Assembly: GCA_947447245.1 (NCBI GenBank)
Contig: CANFJC010000001.1
Span: 16,157-48,156, forward strand
DNA length: 32,000 nucleotides
Direction: 5' to 3'
Source: Comamonadaceae bacterium
GTDB lineage: Bacteria; Pseudomonadota; Gammaproteobacteria; Burkholderiales; Burkholderiaceae_C
How positions within the stretch are numbered: position 1 is the first letter of the stretch; each line of letters opens with the position of its first letter. The notes under the pieces were generated by a model that made no database searches, was not told the DNA's origin, and saw only the letters and a list, made by a program, of their open reading frames with translations. The translations under genes and the position numbers were made by a program. Shown here in pieces: positions 1-8,955 of this stretch.

Positions 1-1035
1 GGCCTTGGCGCTTGTGCGCAAATCAACACGCTCGCGGCTGTTGAAAACAGCAATGGCCTGCCTGCCTGGCCTTCAAACGTTCAAAAAATCATTTTTGGCT
101 CGTGCATTGACCAAAAGAAGCCTCAGCCCATTTGGCAAACCATCCTAGCAGCCAAGCCTGATCTGTTTATTTTTGGCGGCGACAACGTCTACGCCAGCAG
201 CCAACCTTGGCAATTGGAAAACTTAAAAAATGCCTACGCAACCCAAGCCGCTCAAGCCGGCTTCGCTGCTTTGCGTGCAAGCGTGCCGCACATGGCCATT
301 TGGGACGATCACGACATGGGCTTGAACGATGGCGGCGAAGAGTTCCCTCACAAACAAGCGGCTAAAAATGAGTTCATTGATTTTTGGCGCTTGCCTGCTG
401 ACGACCCCAGAAGATCGCGCGAAGGTCTTTACCACGCCCATGTTTTGGGCCCGATTGGAAAACGCGTCCAAGTTATTTTGCTGGACACCCGATGGTTTCG
501 CTCCAAGCTGCGTGTCACGGACCAACGTGATGCGCCCGGCAAAGAAAGGTACTTGCCAGACACCGACCCGCAGAAAACCATGCTGGGACAAGCGCAATGG
601 CAATGGCTAGAAGCGCAGTTGAAAATACCCGCTGAAGTTCGCTTGATTGTTTCTGGTGTTCAAGTGATTGTGGAAGGCCATGGCTGGGAGGGCTGGAGCA
701 ACTTCCCGCGCGAGCAAGAAAAATTAAAACAGCTCATTTTGAAAACAGGTGCAAAAGGTGTTGTGCTTTTATCAGGCGATCGGCACATTGGTGCCATCTA
801 CAAAAGCAGCGGCACGCTAGGCTATCCCTTGTACGAAATCACTTCTAGCGGCATGACCCACGCATGGGCGGCGGCCAAAGAAGATGGCCCCAATCGTTTG
901 GGTGAGCTGATCACTCAAAACCACTTCGGCCTCATTGAAATGGATTGGACCCAACAACAAATTCAATTGGGCTTCCAAAACACACAAGGCGAATGGCTGA
1001 AAAAGCAAACGATTGCCTTGTCTGAGTTGCGCTAA
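1..1035 (+). CDS. PhoD-like metallophosphatase (alkaline phosphatase D family), 5' end cut by window edge
   Basis: Frame 1 is open from base 1. GLGACAQINT...KIIFGSCIDQKKPQPIWQTILAAKPDLFIFGGDNVYA precedes the track's TTG at 214. IWDDHD and LLSGDRH metallophosphoesterase motifs are present. LGAC at nt 4-15 resembles a lipobox, so only part of the signal peptide is missing. Stop TAA at 1033-1035. Confidence 0.8.
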   Translation, partial: GLGACAQINTLAAVENSNGLPAWPSNVQKIIFGSCIDQKKPQPIWQTILAAKPDLFIFGGDNVYASSQPWQLENLKNAYATQAAQAGFAALRASVPHMAIWDDHDMGLNDGGEEFPHKQAAKNEFIDFWRLPADDPRRSREGLYHAHVLGPIGKRVQVILLDTRWFRSKLRVTDQRDAPGKERYLPDTDPQKTMLGQAQWQWLEAQLKIPAEVRLIVSGVQVIVEGHGWEGWSNFPREQEKLKQLILKTGAKGVVLLSGDRHIGAIYKSSGTLGYPLYEITSSGMTHAWAAAKEDGPNRLGELITQNHFGLIEMDWTQQQIQLGFQNTQGEWLKKQTIALSELR

Positions 1036-1092
1036 AGACAAACTGCCTCACAAAGCCCGATAATCTCTTTTTTTGATTTTTTAGACACTGCC

Positions 1093-2076
1093 ATGCAAAC
1101 CCCTCCCATGATTCAAAGTGGCGCTATTGCCTACGGCTTAGCCACCATTGCCAAAGACGGTACCGTGTTAGACACTTGGTACCCCGCCCCCCAACTGGCC
1201 GAAGGCATCAAAGAGAACGGCAGTCACGTCCTCAGCGAAGCCGATGCGCGGACGCATTTGGGTGAGGCCTTTGTCAAAACACTCGGCCCTTGCGAATTGC
1301 GCGGCGTCAATGTGGTGGCCGTCAAAACCAGCATTACCACTTTGGCAGAACCCGCCATTGACACGCACGATGTGTTTTTGCGTTTGCATTTGCTCAGCCA
1401 CCGTTTGGTCAAACCGCATCAAGCCAACTTGGCTGGCATTTTTGGCATGTTGGCGAATGTAGCCTGGACTTCCATGGGCCCTTGCCCTTTAGACCAACTG
1501 CAAGACGCTCGACTGCGCGCCCGCGCAGCCCGTGTGGTGTTCGATGTGAAAGCCGTTGACAAGTTCCCATACATGACCGACTACGTGGTGCCCTCCGGTG
1601 TGCGCATCGCCAACGTCGACCGCGTGCGCTTGGGCGCTCACTTGGCCTCTGGCACGACCGTCATGCACGAAGGTTTTTGCAACTTCAACGCAGGCACTTT
1701 GGGCGCATCGATGGTTGAAGGCCGCATCAGTGCGGGCGTGTTGGTCGACGATCAAAGCGATGTGGGCGGCGGCGCCTCCATCATGGGCACCTTGTCTGGT
1801 GGTGGCAAAGAAGTCATCTCGGTTGGCAAACGTTGTTTGCTGGGTGCCAACTCTGGCATTGGCATTTCATTGGGCGACGATTGCGTGGTGGAAGCCGGCT
1901 GCTATGTCACGGGCGGCACGCGCGTCAAAATGCCCGATGGCAGTGTGGTCAAGGCACGCGAGTTGTCTGGACGCAATGGCATCTTGTTCCGCCGCGATTC
2001 ACAAACAGGCGCGGTGCAAGTCATTCCTCGCACCGAAAGCTGGGGCAGTTTGAACGCAGATTTGCACAAAAACTAA
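1093..2076 (+). CDS. dapD: 2,3,4,5-tetrahydropyridine-2,6-dicarboxylate N-succinyltransferase, long (actinobacterial-like) form
   Basis: 327 aa. Contains [31 protein letters not shown], and the hexapeptide-repeat core [30 protein letters not shown]...[14 protein letters not shown]...[28 protein letters not shown] at 1093; an alternative ATG at 1108 is possible. Confidence 0.85.
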   Translation: MQTPPMIQSGAIAYGLATIAKDGTVLDTWYPAPQLAEGIKENGSHVLSEADARTHLGEAFVKTLGPCELRGVNVVAVKTSITTLAEPAIDTHDVFLRLHLLSHRLVKPHQANLAGIFGMLANVAWTSMGPCPLDQLQDARLRARAARVVFDVKAVDKFPYMTDYVVPSGVRIANVDRVRLGAHLASGTTVMHEGFCNFNAGTLGASMVEGRISAGVLVDDQSDVGGGASIMGTLSGGGKEVISVGKRCLLGANSGIGISLGDDCVVEAGCYVTGGTRVKMPDGSVVKARELSGRNGILFRRDSQTGAVQVIPRTESWGSLNADLHKN

Positions 2077-2114
2077 TTTAGAAATTGCGCCAAGTGCGCA
2101 TTTCGATATGCGAC

Positions 2115-2146
2115 AAAGCCAGTGTGTTTTCACGCTGGCTTTTTTC
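2115..2146 (+). terminator. Rho-independent terminator after dapD
   Basis: Stem AAAGCCAG (2115-2122), 12-nt loop, CTGGCTTT (2135-2142), running into a T tract (2140-2145). It abuts the stop of the convergent acetoacetyl-CoA synthetase gene. Confidence 0.65.
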
Positions 2147-2149
2147 ATG

Positions 2150-4360
2150 TCATGCCGATTTGGCCAAATGTTTTTTGGCCAAGTCGACATACCAATCTAG
2201 GCATGCAGGGTTGGCCATCGCATCTTTGTTGACGACTTTTTCTAGGGGCTGCCCCAACATGAGTTTTTTAATGGGCAGCTCTTGTTTTTTGCCAGACAAG
2301 GTGCGCGGAATTTCAGCCACTTGAAAAATTTCATTGGGAATGAAGCGCGGGCTCAAGGCTGTTTTGATGGCGTTGTTCAGGGTGCTTTTCAAGGCGGCAT
2401 CCAAAGTCAGGCCCGCCCTTAACACCACAAACAAAGGCATGTAACTTTCGCGGCCTAAGTATTCCAAATCCACCACCATGCTGTCGATCACTTCTGGCAA
2501 AGCTTCAACCGCGCTGTAAAGTTCGCTGGTGCCCATGCGCAAACCATGTCGATTGATGGTGGCATCGCTGCGGCCAAAAATGACGCAGCCTTCACCACCG
2601 TTGTGCCCTTGGTCTGCTGCACCAATTCTCAGCCAATCGCCATGCCGCCAAACGCCGCCATAGCTTGCATCTGCATCTCCGCCACCAGGTTTGCGGCCAT
2701 GGCCTGCGGGGTACATTTCAAAATAACTGGCCAAGTAACGTGCGTTCTTGTGATCGTTCCAAAAATACAAAGGCATCGAAGGAATAGGCTGCGCGCACAC
2801 CAGTTCACCCACCTCACCATGCACAGGCTCGCCCGCTTCATTCCACGCTTCAACAGCGCAGCCCAACAAGCGGCACTGCATGACGCCAGCCTCTTGCGGC
2901 AGCTCCCGATTGCCACCAATGAACGCGCCGCAAAAATCGGTACCGCCCGAAATATTGCACCACCAGATATCACCGTCTGTTTCACGGTGAAGGTATGGAG
3001 AATGCGCGTGCTGCGCTTTGATGCGTTGAAATTGAGCGTTGCCCCAATTTTGCGTTTCTGGCGAAAGCGGTGAGCCTGTGGTGCCCAATGCGCGCACGCG
3101 AGACAAGTCACCACACTGCGTCAAATCAACACCCGACTTTTGACAGTTGGCAAAAAACGCTGCGCCTGCGCCAAAAAATGTCACCTTGTTTTCTGCTGCA
3201 AAACGCCACAGCGTGCTCCAGTCAGGATTGTCTTTGCTGCCGCCTGGGTTGCCGTCGTAAATGACGCAGGTGGTGCCGTTCATGAGGCCGCCCACTTGTG
3301 CGTTCCACATCACCCAACCTGTTGAGCTGTACCAATGAAAGCGCTCACCCCAACTGTTGGGGTGATAGCTGCAACCCACATCGTTGTGCAAAATTTTGAG
3401 TGCCAAGGCCACAATCACGGTGCCGCCATGGCCATGCACAATGGGTTTTGGCAAGCCCGTGGTGCCACTTGAATAAACAATCCAAAGTGGATGGTCAAAG
3501 GGCAATGACATGGGCTTGAAGGCATCCACCTCGGCGCCATGTTTTGCGGTGGTTTGTGACATGCGAATGGCCGAGGCCACTTCGTTGCTGGCCAAATCTG
3601 CAACACCCAAGTTGTCATGCAAGATCACATGCTGCACCGAAGGCAAAGCATCCTTGAGCTCTTGCACCACCGCCATGCGGTCGTAATCCTTGGCACCATA
3701 CGTCACGCCATCACAGGCAATGAGCACCTTCGGCTCTATCTGTCTGAAACGATCCAACACCGCCAAGGTTCCCATGTCGGGTGCGCAAATGCTCCACACG
3801 CCGCCCACACTGATGGTGGCCAAGAAGGCCACGATGGCCTCGGGAATATTGGGCAAGTACGCCGCCACGCGGTCACCTGGTTGCACACCTTGTGCTTTTA
3901 AATGCAAAGCCATGGACGCCACTTGCCGCTGCAGCTCGGGCCATGAAATCTCTTGATGCTGACCCTTTTCGTTTTGGGCAATCACGGCCGCAAAGCCTGC
4001 CGCATGCGCTTGATCAACATGCCTTAAAACTTGGCTTGCATAGTTGACTTGTGCGCCGGGAAACCATATGGCGCCAGGCATGGCATTGTTGACCAACACC
4101 GTCTCATGCGGTGTGGGCGATTGAATGTCAAAGTAGTCCCAAATGCTTTGCCAAAATGCATCCAGGTCGGTAATCGACCATTGCCATAAATCTTTGTACG
4201 CTTCAAATACAATGCCCCGGTTGTGTTTCAACCAGTCTTGATACAGTCGAATTTGCGGCACGTAGGCATGGGGTGCCTCAGGCGCAATTTTGGGCAAATC
4301 CGCAAGCGAAGAATGATAGGGCGACAAAAATGGGGAGGGGGTGCTAGCGTTCATGCCCAT
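2150..4360 (-). CDS. Acetoacetyl-CoA synthetase (acetoacetate-CoA ligase)
   Basis: 736 aa. N-terminal YQDWLK...DLWQWSITDLDAFWQSIWDYF. AMP-binding motif YSSGTTGLPKPIVH. Also GRSDATINRHGLRMGTSELY and C-terminal IPRTLSGKKQELPIKK, all typical of the AACS subfamily of acyl-adenylate enzymes. Confidence 0.9.
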   Translation of the reverse strand: MGMNASTPSPFLSPYHSSLADLPKIAPEAPHAYVPQIRLYQDWLKHNRGIVFEAYKDLWQWSITDLDAFWQSIWDYFDIQSPTPHETVLVNNAMPGAIWFPGAQVNYASQVLRHVDQAHAAGFAAVIAQNEKGQHQEISWPELQRQVASMALHLKAQGVQPGDRVAAYLPNIPEAIVAFLATISVGGVWSICAPDMGTLAVLDRFRQIEPKVLIACDGVTYGAKDYDRMAVVQELKDALPSVQHVILHDNLGVADLASNEVASAIRMSQTTAKHGAEVDAFKPMSLPFDHPLWIVYSSGTTGLPKPIVHGHGGTVIVALALKILHNDVGCSYHPNSWGERFHWYSSTGWVMWNAQVGGLMNGTTCVIYDGNPGGSKDNPDWSTLWRFAAENKVTFFGAGAAFFANCQKSGVDLTQCGDLSRVRALGTTGSPLSPETQNWGNAQFQRIKAQHAHSPYLHRETDGDIWWCNISGGTDFCGAFIGGNRELPQEAGVMQCRLLGCAVEAWNEAGEPVHGEVGELVCAQPIPSMPLYFWNDHKNARYLASYFEMYPAGHGRKPGGGDADASYGGVWRHGDWLRIGAADQGHNGGEGCVIFGRSDATINRHGLRMGTSELYSAVEALPEVIDSMVVDLEYLGRESYMPLFVVLRAGLTLDAALKSTLNNAIKTALSPRFIPNEIFQVAEIPRTLSGKKQELPIKKLMLGQPLEKVVNKDAMANPACLDWYVDLAKKHLAKSA

Positions 4361-4450
4361 AGCCTAGCCTGCGAGTTGCTGGCTGTCACCCTGAAAATCC
4401 CCAATGCTTGCGCGTAGGTGACACGTTCTTGCGGCGTGCAGGGCTTTTCT

Positions 4451-5011
4451 TCAGGCCTTGCTTTTCATCCGCTCGCTTTTCCAATACACATCGGTGCCGC
4501 CATCCATTCGGTTCAAGACCCGCGAGAGCACAAACATCAAATCGGAAATGCGGTTCAAGTATTGACGGGGCGCATCATTGAGCGCCTCTTCATTGCCCAA
4601 AGCCACGGTTGCCCGCTCTGCACGCCTGGCCACCGTTCTGCAAATGTGCGCTTGGGCCGCCGCACGATTGCCGGCCGGCAAAATGAACTCTTCCAGCTTG
4701 GGCAACTGAGCGTTGTATGTGTCCAAGGCCTGATCCAAAACCAAAACAGCCTCTGCCTTGAGCAGCTCAAAGCCAGGAATGGACAGTTCGCCGCCCAAAT
4801 TGAAAAGCTGATGCTGGACTTCGACCAACAAATCGCGAACATCCTCTGGCATTTTTTCACACAGCAACAAACCAATGTGCGAGTTCAATTCATCCACATC
4901 GCCCATGGCATGCACCCGCAAACTGTTTTTAGACACACGTTGGTTGTTGCCCAAGCCGGTGGTGCCCTCGTCGCCTGTTCGCGTGGCGATCTGTGTCAGT
5001 CTGTGTCCCAT
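4451..5011 (-). CDS. ATP:cob(I)alamin adenosyltransferase, PduO type
   Basis: MGHRLTQIATRTGDEGTTGLGNNQRVSKNSLRVHAMGDVDELNSHIGLL is a typical PduO/MMAB N-terminus. The track start at 5041 is a TTG. The ATG at 5011 is preceded by AGGGA, 7 nt upstream, and gives 186 aa. Confidence 0.88.
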   Translation of the reverse strand: MGHRLTQIATRTGDEGTTGLGNNQRVSKNSLRVHAMGDVDELNSHIGLLLCEKMPEDVRDLLVEVQHQLFNLGGELSIPGFELLKAEAVLVLDQALDTYNAQLPKLEEFILPAGNRAAAQAHICRTVARRAERATVALGNEEALNDAPRQYLNRISDLMFVLSRVLNRMDGGTDVYWKSERMKSKA

Positions 5012-5160
5012 GGTGTTTTCCCTGTGCGTGGCGGAATGCAAAAATGCAGGTCTCAGCGTAAACTCTGATTTTGACCGAGTTTGGGAACATTTCCCTGACC
5101 ATGGTCACTGCAGATTGCCCCTCCTCAAATTTTGACCGCCCTTCAACTTGGAGCCCCGCC

Positions 5161-6585
5161 ATGAACGCACCGACCCCAGCAGCCCATTTGGCGCCCGTTG
5201 TCACCGCAAGGCCTGTGCCGCAGGCCTTTCTAGATGCTTTGAAGGCTCGCTTTGGTGCCAACTGCTCTACGGCACTGGTCGTTCGCGAACAACATGGCCG
5301 CGATGAGTCGGCATTTGCGCCCGTTCCCCCGCCGTCCGCCGTGATCTTTGCCGAGTGCACACAAGATGTGGCCGACGCCGTCAAATTGGCCAGCGACTAC
5401 AAAGTGCCCGTTATTCCTTTTGGGGTGGGCTCTTCTTTAGAGGGCCATTTGCTGGCTGTGCAAGGCGGCATCAGCATTGACCTGACACGCATGAACAAGG
5501 TTTTGGCGATCAACGCAGAAGACCTCACGGTGACGGTTCAGCCAGGCGTGACCCGCAAACAACTGAACGAAGAAATCAAATCAACGGGCCTGTTTTTCCC
5601 GATCGACCCGGGCGCTGACGCCACCATTGGCGGCATGAGCGCTACGCGCGCCAGCGGCACCAATGCGGTTCGCTATGGCACCATGCGCGAGAATGTCTTG
5701 GCCCTTGAAGTCGTCACAGCTTCTGGCGAAATCATTCGGACTGGCACACGGGCCAGAAAATCGAGTGCGGGTTACGACCTCACGCGATTGTTTGTCGGCA
5801 GCGAGGGCACTTTGGGCGTGATGACCGAAGTCACGGTGAAGCTTTACCCCTTGCCAGAAGCCATTTCAGCGGCCATCTGTTCCTTCCCCAGCATTGAGGC
5901 TGCGGTTCAAACGGTGATTCAAGTGATTCAGTTGGGCGTGCCCATTGCGCGCGTTGAGTTAATTGATCACAACACCGTTCGCATGGTGAACGCTTATGCC
6001 AAGTTAGGCTTGCGTGAAGAGCCCATGCTGTTGATGGAGTTTCATGGATCGCCTGCTGGTGTGAAAGAGCAAGCCGAAACGGTTCAAGAACTTGCCAGCG
6101 ACCATGGTGGCAACGCCTTTGAATGGGCCACCACCCCAGAAGAAAGAACACGCCTTTGGACGGCGCGTCACAACGCATATTTTGCAGCGCTTCAAAGCCG
6201 GCCGGGTTGCCGAGCCATCAGCACCGACACCTGCGTTCCCATCAGCAAATTGGCGGACTGTCTGCTTGACTCTGTGACCGAGACAGAAGCAAGTGGCTTG
6301 CCCTACTTTTTAGTCGGCCACGTTGGCGATGGCAATTTCCATTTTGGCTATTTGATTGACCCTGAAATTCCAAGCGAGCGCGAGGTTGCAGAAGACCTGA
6401 ATTACAAGCTTGTGAGCCGCGCCTTGCGCCTTGGCGGCACTTGCACGGGCGAGCATGGCATTGGTCTGCACAAAATAGATTTCTTAGTGACCGAAGCGGG
6501 TGTTGGCGCCGTCAACATGATGCGCACCTTGAAGCAAGCCTTGGATCCTCACAACATCATGAACCCTGGCAAAATCTTTCATTGA
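5161..6585 (+). CDS. FAD-linked oxidase, D-lactate dehydrogenase (cytochrome)/GlcD-like
   Basis: FAD-binding PCMH domain (VIPFGVGSSLEGH, ATIGGMSATRASGTNAVRYGTMRENVL, SAGYDLTRLFVGSEGTLGV) and C-terminal GTCTGEHGIGLHK. The track start at 5071 is a TTG. The ATG at 5161 has GGAG 7 nt upstream and gives 474 aa. Confidence 0.88.
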   Translation: MNAPTPAAHLAPVVTARPVPQAFLDALKARFGANCSTALVVREQHGRDESAFAPVPPPSAVIFAECTQDVADAVKLASDYKVPVIPFGVGSSLEGHLLAVQGGISIDLTRMNKVLAINAEDLTVTVQPGVTRKQLNEEIKSTGLFFPIDPGADATIGGMSATRASGTNAVRYGTMRENVLALEVVTASGEIIRTGTRARKSSAGYDLTRLFVGSEGTLGVMTEVTVKLYPLPEAISAAICSFPSIEAAVQTVIQVIQLGVPIARVELIDHNTVRMVNAYAKLGLREEPMLLMEFHGSPAGVKEQAETVQELASDHGGNAFEWATTPEERTRLWTARHNAYFAALQSRPGCRAISTDTCVPISKLADCLLDSVTETEASGLPYFLVGHVGDGNFHFGYLIDPEIPSEREVAEDLNYKLVSRALRLGGTCTGEHGIGLHKIDFLVTEAGVGAVNMMRTLKQALDPHNIMNPGKIFH

Positions 6586-6610
6586 AAAAAGGGCCTGCTG
6601 GCCCTTTTTC
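6585..6610. terminator. Bidirectional rho-independent terminator between the convergent dld-like gene and parB
   Basis: AAAAAAGGGCC-TGCT-GGCCCTTTTT. A perfect GC-rich stem is flanked by an A run and a T run, so it reads as hairpin plus U tract on both strands. Confidence 0.75.
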
Positions 6611-6664
6611 ATGGCATTCAAAAGTCTGCATGCAAGCTGCAAACTTTTCACGTTTTTTTTTGCG

Positions 6665-7591
6665 TTAGGTGCGCAGTTTGTCAATCAGGCCATTGAGTTC
6701 ATCGAGCGATCCAAACTGGATTGACAGCTCACCCATTTCTTCAAACCGGCCATGCCGCTTCACGCGCTTTTTGATGCGAACTTCAACTTGCGCTGTGAGT
6801 AAATCAGAGAGCTCTTCTTCCACACGTTTGATGTCGCGTGATTTTTCTTTTTTCGGTTTTTGTTGCACCAAAGAAAATTCTGCGCTGAGCTTTTTCACCA
6901 AGCTCTCTGCTTCTCGTACCGACATTTTTTTGGCACTGATTTGATTGGCCGCTGTGATTTGAGCGGCCTTGTCCAAACCCAACAAGGCTCTAGCGTGCCC
7001 CATGTCGATGTCACCGGCCATCAGCATGGTTTGGACGGGCTCCGCCAAATTCAACAAGCGCAGCAGGTTGCTGGCCGCACTGCGAGAGCGGCCCACCGCT
7101 TGGGCGGCGGTTTCGTGGGTCAGACCAAACTCTTTGATGAGGCGCTGTAAACCATGGGCCTCTTCAAGCGGATTGAGATCTTCGCGTTGAATGTTCTCAA
7201 TCAAAGCCATGGCCGCTGCCGCCTCATTGGGCACATCGCGAACCAAGACCGGCACCTCGTTCAAACCCGCCAGTCGCGAGGCGCGGAATCGACGCTCGCC
7301 TGCAATGATTTCATACTTGCCGGCATTGGGGCCATCGCTTAGCTTGCGAACCAAGATGGGTTGCATGATGCCTTGGGCCTTGATGGACTCGGCCAACTCA
7401 TACAGCGCGCCCTCGTCCATGCGGGTTCTAGGTTGGTACATGCCTGGCACCAACTCGCTCAATGCCAAGCTGCTGGGCGTTCGATTGGCTGCTGCCTCAA
7501 CGGCTTGAGGCGAACTGGGTTCGTCCTGCACCTTAGGGCCCAACAAGGCTTCCAAGCCTCGTCCTAAGCCTTTTGGTTTTTTAGTGACCAT
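6665..7591 (-). CDS. parB: Chromosome partitioning protein ParB (parS-binding CTPase)
   Basis: 308 aa. MVTKKPKGLGRGLEALL N-terminus, the GERRFRA arginine patch, and HTH LTHETAAQAVGRSRSAASNLLRLL. Confidence 0.95.
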   Translation of the reverse strand: MVTKKPKGLGRGLEALLGPKVQDEPSSPQAVEAAANRTPSSLALSELVPGMYQPRTRMDEGALYELAESIKAQGIMQPILVRKLSDGPNAGKYEIIAGERRFRASRLAGLNEVPVLVRDVPNEAAAAMALIENIQREDLNPLEEAHGLQRLIKEFGLTHETAAQAVGRSRSAASNLLRLLNLAEPVQTMLMAGDIDMGHARALLGLDKAAQITAANQISAKKMSVREAESLVKKLSAEFSLVQQKPKKEKSRDIKRVEEELSDLLTAQVEVRIKKRVKRHGRFEEMGELSIQFGSLDELNGLIDKLRT

Positions 7592-8135
7592 GTTCTTTTT
7601 CTTTCATCAATTCATTCAACAAGGCGTGGCCTTGTGGCCAATCACCCAAATTTGATTCGGCGTTCACGTGTCCGCATTCGCCCAAGTTTAAATAGTGAGA
7701 CCCCCATGCTTTCGCAAACTGTTCTGCGCGCGCAGCGGTGCAATACGGGTCGTTTTGGCTGCCAATCAAAATTGATTTGAAGGGCAACGCCCTCAATGCA
7801 ATGGGCCGCCAACTTGAAAACACATCATGAAGGTGAGAAGCTTCAACGTCGCCAGGCGCCACCAACAAGGCCGCTTTGACTTTATGGCATTGTGCAGAAA
7901 TTTGGGCCCAAGCAGCCACTTGAATGCAACCCAAACTGTGTGCAACCAAGTACACCGGCTCGGTTAAATCGGACACCACATCGTCCAATCGCGCCAACCA
8001 ATCGCCACGAAGTGGCCGCATCCAGTCATGTTGCTCTACCAGCTGGTATGCATATTGACGGACCCAAAGGCTTTGCCAATGTAAAGGCCCACTTCCCTGC
8101 CAACCAGGCAATATAAGGACTTTTGAACTTTCCAT
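7581..8135 (-). CDS. Alpha/beta serine hydrolase, YdeN/RBBP9-like
   Basis: 184 aa. VLILPGWQGSGPLHWQ, nucleophile elbow VAHSLGC, SQNDPY (Asp) and CGHVN (His) complete a triad. The stop overlaps the parB start by 11 nt. Confidence 0.8.
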   Translation of the reverse strand: MESSKVLILPGWQGSGPLHWQSLWVRQYAYQLVEQHDWMRPLRGDWLARLDDVVSDLTEPVYLVAHSLGCIQVAAWAQISAQCHKVKAALLVAPGDVEASHLHDVFSSWRPIALRALPFKSILIGSQNDPYCTAARAEQFAKAWGSHYLNLGECGHVNAESNLGDWPQGHALLNELMKEKEHGH

Positions 8136-8153
8136 ACAAATGCTTTCGTGGTC

Positions 8154-8924
8154 TTACAGTGTTGGAATGCGCTGTACCAACTCCCTGGCAAACTCCACAA
8201 ACGCTTGGCTGCCTTTGGCAGAAGGGTCAAACACAACGCCCGGCAAACCATAGCTGGGCGCCTCTGCCAGTCGCACATTTCGGGGGATCACGGTGTTAAA
8301 AACTTTGTCGCCAAAGTGAGATTTAAGTTGCTCACTCACTTGCTGCTGCAGCGTAATCCGCGGATCGAACATGACGCGCAGCAAGCCAATGATTTTCAAA
8401 TCGGGGTTCAAATTGGCATGCACTTGCTTGATGGTGTTCACCAAATCAGTCAGCCCCTCAAGCGCAAAGTACTCGCACTGCATTGGAACAATCACGCCAT
8501 GCGCGGCACACAAACCATTCAAGGTGAGCATTGACAAAGAAGGTGGGCAGTCAATTAAGACAAAGTCAAAATCCTTGTCTGCCACTTCCAATGCCAGCTT
8601 CAAACGTTGATCGCGTCTTTCAAGGTCAACCAGTTCTACCTCTGCGCCTGCTAATTCGCGGTTGGCGCCCAACACGTGATAGCCACATTTTTCTGAAAAA
8701 ATGGCGGCCTCTTGAATGCTGGCGGACTCTAATAAAACGTCGTACACACTGAGCTCTAACTGCCGCTTGTCAACGCCCGAGCCCATGGTTGCATTGCCCT
8801 GGGGATCTAGGTCAACCAACAAAACACGCTGTCCCACTTTGGCCAAGCCAGCGGCCAAATTCACCGCCGATGTGGTCTTGCCAACGCCGCCTTTTTGATT
8901 TGCAACACAGAAAATCTTTGCCAT
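8154..8924 (-). CDS. parA: Chromosome partitioning ATPase ParA/Soj
   Basis: MAKIFCVANQKGGVGKTT deviant Walker A, then LLVDLDPQGNAT. The ATG at 8924 gives 256 aa. The track's extension to 8966 would overlap the upstream LysE gene. Confidence 0.93.
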   Translation of the reverse strand: MAKIFCVANQKGGVGKTTSAVNLAAGLAKVGQRVLLVDLDPQGNATMGSGVDKRQLELSVYDVLLESASIQEAAIFSEKCGYHVLGANRELAGAEVELVDLERRDQRLKLALEVADKDFDFVLIDCPPSLSMLTLNGLCAAHGVIVPMQCEYFALEGLTDLVNTIKQVHANLNPDLKIIGLLRVMFDPRITLQQQVSEQLKSHFGDKVFNTVIPRNVRLAEAPSYGLPGVVFDPSAKGSQAFVEFARELVQRIPTL

Positions 8925-8955
8925 TTGATACTCTTTTATTTTTTTGCTGATGCGA

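Noticed and set aside
2978-2993. parS-like sequence TGTTTCACGGTGAAGG
   Set aside because: An extra G breaks the central CACGTG and the right arm diverges. It is probably a chance half-site inside the AACS gene.
4418-5068. 216-aa plus-strand ORF, longer than the gene it overlaps
   Set aside because: It is exactly antisense to the PduO-type adenosyltransferase, whose identity is unambiguous. Its own product has no recognisable motifs or SD, so it is a shadow ORF.
6611-6664. Possible second hairpin just downstream of parB (CAAAAGT...TGCATGCA...ACTTTTC)
   Set aside because: The pairing is imperfect and dominated by small self-palindromes. The clean bidirectional terminator at 6585-6610 is enough to explain termination.
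7660-7675. CACGTG core near the hydrolase/parB junction
   Set aside because: The flanks (GCGTT / TCCGC) do not match the TGTTN / AAACA arms of parS.
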